Of a stretch of DNA of 64,000 nt, positions 1 to 9,900 are shown in pieces. Each line of letters begins with the position of its first letter. Within the stretch, counting starts at the first letter, position 1. Below the pieces are notes generated by a model. It saw nothing but the letters and a program-made list of their open reading frames with translations. It was not told the DNA's origin and made no database searches. Origin of the DNA: Blepharisma stoltei ATCC 30299 (lineage: Eukaryota > Protista > Ciliophora); NCBI GenBank assembly GCA_965603825.1, contig CBFDEM010000061.1, forward strand, positions 1 through 64,000, read 5' to 3'. The position numbers were made by a program, and so were the translations under genes.

Positions 1-1448
1 CTAACACCCTAACACCCTAACACCCTAACACCCTAACACCCTAACACCCTAACACCCTAACACCCTAACACCCTAACACCCTAACACCCTAACACCCTAA
101 CACCCTAACACCCTAACACCCTAACACCCTAACACCCTAACACCCTAACACCCTAACACCCTAACACCCTAACACCCTAACACCCTAACACCCTAACACC
201 CTAACACCCTAACACCCTAACACCCTAACACCCTAACACCCTAACACCCTAACACCCTAACACCCTAACACCCTAACACCCTAACACCCTAACACCCTAA
301 CACCCTAACACCCTAACACCCTAACACCCTAACACCCTAACACCCTAACACCCTAACACCCTAACACCCTAACACCCTAACACCCTAACACCCTAACACC
401 CTAACACCCTAACACCCTAACACCCTAACACCCTAACACCCTAACACCCTAACACCCTAACACCCTAACACCCTAACACCCTAACACCCTAACACCCTAA
501 CACCCTAACACCCTAACACCCTAACACCCTAACACCCTAACACCCTAACACCCTAACACCCTAACACCCTAACACCCTAACACCCTAACACCCTAACACC
601 CTAACACCCTAACACCCTAACACCCTAACACCCTAACACCCTAACACCCTAACACCCTAACACCCTAACACCCTAACACCCTAACACCCTAACACCCTAA
701 CACCCTAACACCCTAACACCCTAACACCCTAACACCCTAACACCCTAACACCCTAACACCCTAACACCCTAACACCCTAACACCCTAACACCCTAACACC
801 CTAACACCCTAACACCCTAACACCCTAACACCCTAACACCCTAACACCCTAACACCCTAACACCCTAACACCCTAACACCCTAACACCCTAACACCCTAA
901 CACCCTAACACCCTAACACCCTAACACCCTAACACCCTAACACCCTAACACCCTAACACCCTAACACCCTAACACCCTAACACCCTAACACCCTAACACC
1001 CTAACACCCTAACACCCTAACACCCTAACACCCTAACACCCTAACACCCTAACACCCTAACACCCTAACACCCTAACACCCTAACACCCTAACACCCTAA
1101 CACCCTAACACCCTAACACCCTAACACCCTAACACCCTAACACCCTAACACCCTAACACCCTAACACCCTAACACCCTAACACCCTAACACCCTAACACC
1201 CTAAACACCCTAACACCCTAACACCCTAACACCCTAACACCCTAACACCCTAACACCCTAACACCCTAACACCCTAACACCCTAACACCCTAACACCCTA
1301 ACACCCTAACACCCTAACACCCTAACACCCTAACACCCTAACACCCTAACACCCTAACACCCTAACACCCTAACACCCTAACACCCTAACACCCTAACAC
1401 CCTAACACCCTAACACCCTAACACCCTAACACCCTAAATAACACCCTA
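1..1448 (+). repeat. Telomere, (CCCTAACA)n, about 180 units, C-rich strand at the 5' end (left chromosome end)
   Basis: Perfect 8-mer array from base 1, with one 9-nt variant at ~1199-1207 (CCCTAAACA) and a degenerate unit at the junction (CCCTAAATAACACCCTA). CCCTAACA is the heterotrich (Blepharisma/Stentor) telomere repeat. Confidence 0.98.
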
Positions 1449-2639
1449 TTTATATATTGGGTAAACAATTTTATTATTTTAATTTAGATCAAAACATCAT
1501 TGTTGATGTTGCTTACTATAATAAGCATGCCTCAATTAGAAGAGTAGGTAAAAAGATAGAAGCAATAGAATGCAATATCAAGAATTTTAGGCTCGATCCA
1601 TCTTATCTGGATGAATGAAATCTAAAAGGCAATACTCTATACGATTTAGGAGAAAATCTAGAAGCAATTGGATGATATGACGAAGCAATCAAATTTAATC
1701 CAAACGATGATGATTTATATAATAAAAAAGGCGACGCTTTTAAAAATTTAAATATACCTAGAAGCAATTGAATGCTATGACGAAGGAATCAAACTCAATC
1801 CAAACAATGCTGATTTATATAATAACAAAGGTAACGCTTTTTATGATTTAAAAAGATATCTAGAAGCAATTGAGTGCTATGACGAAGCAATTACACTCAA
1901 TCCAAGCAACGCTTACTTTTACAACGATAAAGGTAACGCTTTTTATGATTTAAAAAGATACCTAGAAGCAATCGAGTGCTATGACGAAGCAATCAAACTC
2001 GAGCCAGACTATGCTTTATATTACAATAATAAAGGCAACGCTTTTTCTAGTTTAGGAAGATATCTAGAAGCAATCGAATGCGATGACGAAGCAATCAAAC
2101 TCGATCCAGCTAATACTGATTTTTACTATCATAAAGGAATTGCGCTTCAAAAATTAGGAAGAAATATCGAAGCAGTAGTATGCTATGATCATTTAATTTA
2201 CCTCTATTCAAAAGATGAACGTTTTTACCATAATAAAGGGCATGCTTTAAATGAATTAGGAAGATATACAGAAGCAATAGAAAGCTATGACAAAGCAATC
2301 AAAATCAAGCCAAAAAATGCCAAGTTTTATAATGATAAAGGTAACACTCTTTATGTTTTAGAGAGATATCAAGAAGCAATACAATGTTATGATGAGGCAA
2401 TAGAACTTGAACCCAATAATCCTTTGTACTTCTGCAACCGAGCTAGAGTATTTAATAATCTCAGACAAGAAGCAGCAGCTTTGCAGGACTTTAATAGGGC
2501 TTATAATTTGAAGCAAGAAAATCAAGTAAGTGGTATTTTCACTGGGGATGAATGGAATCTTTCTGAAAAAGATATCAATTTTATTAACGACGTATTAGGC
2601 CGAGACCGTATTGAACTACTCCAAAAAATGCTGATTTAG
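1448..2639 (+). pseudogene. 5'-truncated, frameshifted TPR-repeat gene; 3' part of a paralog of 44758-47418
   Basis: Starts without ATG immediately after the telomere (IYILGKQFYYFNLDQ..., aligning with IYNSAIEHYYFNLDQ at ~46405). Contains tandem 102-bp TPR repeats (YNNKGNAFYDLKRYLEAIECYDEAIKLNP). Frameshift at ~1754 (TTA AAT A TAC CTA vs consensus TTA AAA AGA TAC CTA). Ends at TAG 2639. Confidence 0.85.
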
Positions 2640-3314
2640 AATAAAATTTGGTTATAATAAGTCGTCATTATAATAATTATATATTTAAAAAAATAATTTG
2701 CTATGAGACTACTTCTATTGTGGGGCAATAATCACAACTCAAAAGCCATGGCTTATTCAGAAGGTGCCTGTCATAGATATGTGGCCACTTGTTTTCAAAA
2801 TTAATTAATATTAGCCTTTTCTAACTCTTAGTTCATAATTCACTTTGAATCTATCGAGCTTATAGGCTCTTGCTAAAATCTCTTTCTTTTTTATTCAATC
2901 TTCTCTTTTTCTTTTATCGTAGTTTAGAAGCACTTCTCTAGTCATTTGATTAATTCCAATATTAATTGATTGTGTATGATGAGATGATTGATGATTCCAT
3001 ATGTGCATTGAGACGCTCTTTGCCAGTTAAAATATCTTGAGATATTAATCTGCAAATTTACTTAATTTTTTTATCACAGCCACTTTCATGGCAAACTAAA
3101 TTTTCCCTATTTTAACGTTTACTCTTTTTTGCATAGAAATTCTTATTTTAACACTAATCGTTTAAGCTATTATGCTATTATAATTTATATCATTTGAAAA
3201 AGATATAGTTAGAATTTTTATTTTTGAATTGATTTATCTGTCAATTACTATCAAAATTACACCCGAAATAACTAAAATCTATGAATTGAGTTCCCATTTA
3301 TATCTAATAATTTT

Positions 3315-3644
3315 ATGAGGAGGGATAAAGTGTATGGAATATATACTAACCAAACCGTAAAATCTTGCCCTTCAGATAAGAAATCATTGCGATGGGAAAG
3401 AAGAAAAGTAAAAAAGCACCAGGTTGGCTATGGAAATCTCGAAGATGGAATTCCAAGAATAGGGTATGATTGAAAGTTTCATAAAGTGCTATCAAAGGTT
3501 CATAAGTTTGATTATCCTCGCTGGAGTCCAACAAGATTTACTCCTACTCGCAGAGTTAAAATAGTTTTCAGAGAAGATCTACCAAATTACAAATACGAAT
3601 ATCAGTTTGAATCTATAGATAAATTGTGCTGCAAATGGGAATAA
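3315..3644 (+). CDS. Possible small basic protein or gene remnant, 109 aa (needs TGA=Trp)
   Basis: ATG 3315 to TAA 3644 is open with one internal TGA (MRRDKVYGIY...IGYDWKFHKV...LCCKWE). More GC-rich than its AT-rich flanks. No family recognised. Confidence 0.35.
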
Positions 3645-3952
3645 GGTTTATAAGGATATCATTAATAATTTAAACTTCTAACTTTCTAATAAGGCTTTTA
3701 AGTTCAAATATTTACTAATTTAAATTTATTTTTTTCATTTTAATCCGAGATTTATTTAGCTATATTTTAGTATTTTATCAAATAGTATGAGGCTATCTAA
3801 ATCCGGTCATTATCTTCAGTAAGCAGAGAAAACCATAAGGCATTGATTCACTCAAAAATATTTAAAAAAATCAAAAATAATGATGCTGTAGAATTAGATC
3901 TAGTTAATAATAAAATCATTATATTTTAATTATAAGAATTAGAGAAAAAAGA

Positions 3953-5128
3953 TTATAGTAAACTAGAAACATCATTTGGCAGTTCTTCAATAATAGTTGA
4001 AAAATGACTCTCCAATTCTTTTAAAAACTGAAATTCGCTTTGAGTTATAAAACAAATTGAAAGCCCTCTATGGCCATATGCTCCTGATCTTCCCACTCTA
4101 GTAATATAATTTTCAAAAATGAATGGAAAATCATAATGTATGAAAACGCTTGGATAAATATCAATAAAATTTCTAATTAAATCAGTTGCAATAAGTATTC
4201 TAGTTGACCCAGTTCTGAAATTTCTCATAGCAACTTCTTTTTGACGATCGTCTATGTCGCTATGAAGAAATGATACACTGTAATGCGAATCCTGAAATGA
4301 TTGAACTAACGTCTCTAAAGATATTTTTGTGTTGCAAAAAATAGCAGCCTGAGATATTTGCATTGCATTCAAAAGATCTTCAAGAATAGCAAATTTAGCT
4401 TCTACTTCTGACTGAATATAATACTGTTTAATTCCATCCAAGGTCAATTCATTAATTTTTAATGTGATTATAACTGGATTTTTCATATATATTTCTGCCA
4501 TTTCAGACACGTCTGATGGTATTGTTGTTGAAGAAGAGAAGCAGACTTGAGCACTTTCAGGCAAAAATTGAAAGATTTCAATTATCTGATCTTTAAATCC
4601 TGTTGTGAGTAGCTCATCTATTTTATTTAAAATAAATATTTTAACTCCGCTTGCAGAAATCAAATCCTTTCTAAGATAGTCAAGCATTCTTCCAGGGGTA
4701 CAAACTAATATGTGAATGCAATTTTTAAGCACGATTATATCTTCACGATAATAAATGCCTCCAAATACAGAGTGTGCTTTGACATTTACATATTCCCCAA
4801 GTTTAGCTATTTGACTATACGTTTCTTTTGCAATCTCTCTGCAAGGCTCCAAAATTATTGCCTGTAGCTGATTAATGTTTGGATTGATTAATTGTAGCAT
4901 TCCAATTATAAGTGCTGCAGTTTTTCCACTCCCTGACTTAGACTGAATGATCATATCACTACCTTTGGCAATTATTTTAATCGTTCTTTGCTGAACAATG
5001 CTAGGAGTTTCGAAGCCAGCAGAAAAGATCCCTCTTAAGACATCTTCTTTAAGTCCCATATCTCTAAAATCTTGAGCAGTCTCATCTGAATGAGACTGGA
5101 TTGAATTATCATTTAATTTTTCTGCCAT
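3953..5128 (-). CDS. Divergent eIF4A-like DEAD-box protein, 391 aa, with degenerate catalytic motifs
   Basis: Q motif GFETPSIVQ, motif I SGSGKT, Ia PCREIA, Ib TPGR, ELTLDGIKQYY, FRTGSTRILIATD and C-terminal IEELP, all typical of eIF4A. Motif II reads NKID, III SST, VI TRVGRSGA. Confidence 0.88.
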   Translation of the reverse strand: MAEKLNDNSIQSHSDETAQDFRDMGLKEDVLRGIFSAGFETPSIVQQRTIKIIAKGSDMIIQSKSGSGKTAALIIGMLQLINPNINQLQAIILEPCREIAKETYSQIAKLGEYVNVKAHSVFGGIYYREDIIVLKNCIHILVCTPGRMLDYLRKDLISASGVKIFILNKIDELLTTGFKDQIIEIFQFLPESAQVCFSSSTTIPSDVSEMAEIYMKNPVIITLKINELTLDGIKQYYIQSEVEAKFAILEDLLNAMQISQAAIFCNTKISLETLVQSFQDSHYSVSFLHSDIDDRQKEVAMRNFRTGSTRILIATDLIRNFIDIYPSVFIHYDFPFIFENYITRVGRSGAYGHRGLSICFITQSEFQFLKELESHFSTIIEELPNDVSSLL

Positions 5129-5252
5129 ATATTATTAGCAAGCATCAGACTGATGCATATTTTATAAGAGCTTTAAATGTTAAATTAATTAACTTGATAG
5201 TAGATTTTCATCTCTAAAATTGACTGCTGTGTCTTGTTGAATTATAAATAAA

Positions 5253-5450
5253 ATGCTGCAATTTTTTATTTTATTCGGCTTAAGTTTCTTGAGCCTCGGA
5301 CTTGCCCAATAAATAGGTGCATAAGCATCTTTCTTCTAACACTACATAGTTTGAAATCTAAAAGATTCTTGATTGATAGCAAAATATGCGCAGACTTTTA
5401 TCCTTCAAGTTTAAATTTATGCACTTCAAGCAGTACCAACTATGCAGCAT
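5253..5450 (+). pseudogene. Decayed 5' stub of a giant LamG/Cys-rich membrane-protein gene (copy of the gene A start)
   Basis: ATGCTGCAATTTTTTATTTTATTC... matches gene A ATGATCCAATTTTTTATTTTATTC (6998). The RFLIDSKICAD and NLCTSS segments are retained, with a frameshift and TAA after ~19 codons. Upstream 5202-5252 matches 6947-6997. Confidence 0.85.
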
Positions 5451-5567
5451 GGTATCATCATATTTCATGTCTCCGTCTTTATAATATTTTTTATAAAATA
5501 AATTTGTTCTAGTCAAAATTATCAAAAATATCAAGATGTTTTAATTATAAGAATTAGAGAAAAAAGA

Positions 5568-6659
5568 TTATAGTAAACTAGAAACATCATTTGGCAATTC
5601 TTCAATAATAGTTGAAAAATGACTCTCCAATTCTTTTAAAAACTGAAATTCGCTTTGAGTTATAAAACAAATTGAAAGCCCTCTATAGCCATATGCTCCT
5701 GATCTTCCCACTCTAGTAATATAATTTTCAAAAATGAATGGAAAATCAGTTGCAATAAGTATTCTAGTTGACCCAGTTCTGAAATTTCTCATAGCAACTT
5801 CCTTTTGACGATCGTCTGTGTAGCTATGAAGAAATGATACACTGTAATGCGAATCCTGAAATGCTTGGACTAATGTCTCTAATGATATTTTGTTATTACA
5901 AAAAATAACAGCCTGGCATATTTGCATTGCATCTAAAAGATCTTCAAGAATAGAAAATTTCGCTTCTTTTTCTGATCGTATGTAATATTGTTTAATTCCT
6001 TCCAGGGTCAATTCATTAATTTTTAGTGTGATTATAACTGGATTTTTCATATATATTGTTGTTGAAGAAGAGAAGCAGACTTGGGCACTTTCAAGAAATC
6101 GAAAGATTTCACATATCTGATTTTTAAATCCCCTTGCGAATACCTCATCAATTTGATCTAAAATAAATATTTTAACTTCACTTGCAGAAATCACGCCCTT
6201 TATAAGGCAATCAAGCATTCTTCCAGGGGTACAAACTAATATGTGAATGCAATTTTTAAGCACGATTATATCTTCACGATAATAAATGCCTCCAAATACA
6301 GAGTGTGCTTTGACATTTACATATTCCCCAAGTTTAGTTATTTGACTATACGTTTCTTTTGCAATCTCTCTGCAAGGCTCCAAAATTATTGCCTGTAGCT
6401 GATTAATGTTTGGATTGATTAATTGCAGCATTCCAATTATAAGTGCTGTAGTTTTTCCACTTCCTGACTTAGACTGAATGATCATATCACTACCTCTGGC
6501 AATTATTTTAATCGTTCTTTGCTGAACAATGCTAGGAGTTTCGAAGCCAGCAGAAAAGATTCCTCTTAAGACATCTTCTTTAAGTCCCATATCTCTAAAA
6601 TCTTGAATTGTCTCATCTGAATGAGACTGGATTGAATTATTATTTAATGTTTCTGTCAT
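5568..6659 (-). CDS. Second eIF4A-like DEAD-box paralog, 363 aa, with in-frame deletions (possibly non-functional)
   Basis: Near-identical to 3953-5128, with motif II DQID. Lacks blocks of 1, 10 and 17 aa; the 17-aa block covers the motif V region. Confidence 0.82.
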   Translation of the reverse strand: MTETLNNNSIQSHSDETIQDFRDMGLKEDVLRGIFSAGFETPSIVQQRTIKIIARGSDMIIQSKSGSGKTTALIIGMLQLINPNINQLQAIILEPCREIAKETYSQITKLGEYVNVKAHSVFGGIYYREDIIVLKNCIHILVCTPGRMLDCLIKGVISASEVKIFILDQIDEVFARGFKNQICEIFRFLESAQVCFSSSTTIYMKNPVIITLKINELTLEGIKQYYIRSEKEAKFSILEDLLDAMQICQAVIFCNNKISLETLVQAFQDSHYSVSFLHSYTDDRQKEVAMRNFRTGSTRILIATDFPFIFENYITRVGRSGAYGYRGLSICFITQSEFQFLKELESHFSTIIEELPNDVSSLL

Positions 6660-6946
6660 ATATTATTAGCAAGCACCAGACTAGGATATATGTTATAATC
6701 CTAACAGTGTATTTTTATATAGAGGATACTGACATTCTATTAGTTAAATGAGCCTAATCGCGACGTGGCTAGCTTCATTTGCTTGACCATAAATATTATT
6801 TTTTAAAAATAATAAATAGAATTAAAAATTAATTCAGATTTATCAGCTAGAGGTTGGATAAAAAGTGGATTAAAATAATTCTTTATCTATAAAAGAGACA
6901 AAAATAGTCCTTCTTTTCAGCTCTCAATATTAATTAATTTAATATC

Positions 6947-6997
6947 AGATTTTCATCTCTAATATTGATTGCTGTGTCTTGTTGAATTATATATAAA
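6947..6997 (+). promoter_or_regulatory. Conserved upstream/5'UTR element of gene A, within the divergent eIF4A-like/gene A spacer
   Basis: AGATTTTCATCTCTAA.ATTGA.TGCTGTGTCTTGTTGAATTATA.ATAAA(ATG) is conserved at 5202-5252. A weaker CTGCTG..GTCTT..TAAAA(ATG) match lies upstream of gene B. Function is inferred only. Confidence 0.35.
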
Positions 6998-9900
6998 ATG
7001 ATCCAATTTTTTATTTTATTCAGCTTAGCCTTTTTGAACCTCGCAACTTGCCCAATGAATAGCTACACATGCACTATTTCATCTGTCACTTGTACAGCTT
7101 GCAATTCTAATAGATTCTTGATCGATAGCAAAATATGTGCAGATTCTTGCCCTTCCCGTTTTACTGCAAGCTCGAATTTATGCACTTCCAGCAATACTAA
7201 CTGTGCAGCGCCAGCGTCGTCATCAAGTGCAGTTGTGCTCAGACTTCAATTTAAGCCAATTCAAGACTTGACACTTACTTCTATTGCAACAACTTCTGAC
7301 TCATCTGAACTTTTCGAAAATCCTGGAGGAATATCATATAACTCTCAGACCCAAAATTCTCCTCTTCCAACCTTAGACCGCGGCTTTTATTTTGCGACAA
7401 CATCAAGCATTACCAGCAACAAAAGCCATATCCCATCACTTTATTTTATGTTAAAACTTTGAATAAAACCTTTATCTTATGGACAAATTTTAGTCGTATC
7501 ATATAATTCAAAAAATTATATTTCCTGCTATATCTCTAACCCTGACCTCCCAAAATTTGAGATTATTGTCCAAAGCTCTACTGGGAGTGGTGAAACTTTA
7601 ATAACTGCAGTAAGCAGCACTAGTTCATCTCAAAACTGGCAAAATATGACTTTCAGGATTAACCAAACCTCTTGCAGCTCTCTCACTGTTGTTATTTATA
7701 TGAATAGTTCTGCAGTTGTGACTACCACCTTTAGTAGTGTAGAGGCAAGCTTTCCAAACAGCAATTCTTATACTTGAACAGTTGGGAAAGGAGGAGGAAA
7801 TGACTCATTTCGGGGATTTTTGGCTGTTTTAGAAGTTAGGTGCGACTCTCAGACTAGCTATTCATCTTCTCCAATCACTATAGAATGCTATGATAATCAA
7901 TTCTGAAATGGTTCGTCGTGTCAAAATTGTCCAGCTATTTGTTCGACATGGCCTTGATGCATTACCTCAACTACTTGCTCTGTATGTAGTGTAGTAGATT
8001 GCAGTTCTTGCCAAGCTTATTCCTCATTTACGTGCTTAGGCTGCTCCACAGGTGTTTTGCCGAATTGCTGTGACATCTTGGCAAGTGCTTGCACTCAGAC
8101 ATGGTCAAATACGGCATGTCAAACTGGTTATTTTCTTATTGGAGGCGTTTGCTTATATGCATGCCCATATGGATTCGGAAATTGTGTGTCTGTCTCTTCA
8201 GCTGTTATAACAGCTGATTTTATGACAACTTTTGCTGGAAGCTATGGTGCACTAATAACAGCAACAAGCCCTTCTAGTTATAACTTTTGGAATTCCCCAG
8301 AAGGAAGTGATCCTATCCCTGCAAAAAACCGAGGTCTTTACTTCAATGGTAGTGCTTTTCTATCAGGGTCAATAAATTTATCCCACACATGGAGTATGGG
8401 GATGTGGGTGTACGTAGTTAGTGGAGCAATCATTGGCCACAGTACAGGCAGGCTCTCTCTTTCTTCTGATGGAACTCTTTCATTTGACCTGCAAATGTGG
8501 GATGCAACATATGCTAGTTATTCTGCTTCTCAAACTATAATTCCAAGCACTTGGGCATATGCTTCATACTCTGTCGGGTTTTCAAGTAAAGCCTCAACTA
8601 TTACTCCATATTTAAATAATGTAGCTGGGACAGCCACTTCAGTCACAAATTATGTATTTAGACTTCAATCAGGAGGAACTCTCTATATAGGTAAAGATGG
8701 CACTCATTATTTTACAGGCTTTATTAGCTATTTTCAGCTCTGAGGAGTTACAATTACAAGTTTCAGCACTGCTTATAATCTCTACGGGTTTTCTGGAGGG
8801 ATCGCGAACACTTTATGACCATGCAGTATTGATCAATACTATAATGGAACTGCCTGTGAGTCTTGCTTGGGCACATGCTCGAGTGGCTGCGCTCGAGCAA
8901 ATTCATGCAATATATGTGTAAATGATTTATGCACCAAGTGTAACTATTTTACAACAGGAACTTGCTATGAGTGCGTTGCTCATGCTTCTGGTGCTACATG
9001 TGCATGCGATTCTGACTCTTTGCTTTCAGCAGATGGATGCTCATGCGATCCATGCTCAACTGGCTGCTCACAATGCACAGAGACAACTTATCAAAAATGT
9101 ACGGCTTGCTATTCGGGATTTTTTTCCTTCTCAGCAACTGGCCAATGCTTAAGTGAGTGCCCATCTGGGTATAATGCAAATTCTTCCACAAATAATTGTG
9201 ATTATTTCTCAAATCTAGCTCTTAGCCTAGATTTGACTGATCAGATCCGGCTGGATACGGTTTCTGGCTTTAATGTAGGCTCAAAAAATACAAACGTTTA
9301 TCCTGACTGATCTGATATTTATGATCCAATTCCTGCTTATAAAAGAGGCTATTATTTTAATCAAACGAGCTATTTATCCTCTTCAGCCATGATAGCGCCT
9401 TCATTTACAATTTCTGTTTGGATTAAATCATACTCGTCTGGAATATTATTGACCAAATATACTTCGACTGACATCCTTAAAATAACAATTAACTCATCAG
9501 GGTATATTGCACTTTCTATTATTTTTTCTGATTCATCCCCTGAATCTTTGTCCACGACAATAAATATTTTAAATCATTGAACTTTTTTGAGCTTTACTGG
9601 ACAAGTTCAATCAGATGGTAAAACGAAGCTGACTATTTATAGAAATGCAGTAAATTCTGATTCATTTACTACTGTATCTTTAATTTATTTCAAAGACACC
9701 CTGTCTGGGACACTTTATGTTGGCAGTGATGAAAATTTTGGAAGCAATGGACTCTATGGTTTTTTAGATCGGCTGAAAATCTATAATTCTTATTTTTATC
9801 AATCTGATGATTATGCTACTTCTTGCACTGGTTGCTCTGCTTGCCCTTCTAACAATCAGTGCTGAAGTGGGTGTGGCCTAAATGATTATCCAGATAGCTG

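Noticed and set aside
1199-1207. Single CCCTAAACA variant as a meaningful telomere variant
   Set aside because: It is one extra A in a short homopolymer and cannot be told apart from a sequencing error.
1-1448. CRISPR array or satellite DNA
   Set aside because: There are no spacers. A terminal C-rich 8-mer array is a telomere.
1615-1680. TGA as Cys or selenocysteine (two TGAs at positions where the paralog or consensus has TGC)
   Set aside because: These are in a pseudogene, Trp is plausible at these TPR positions, and conserved-Trp evidence elsewhere is much stronger.
2810-3010. Minus-strand ~65-codon frame (MHIWNHQ...RVRKG)
   Set aside because: Short, low complexity, in-frame stops just upstream, and no recognisable motif.
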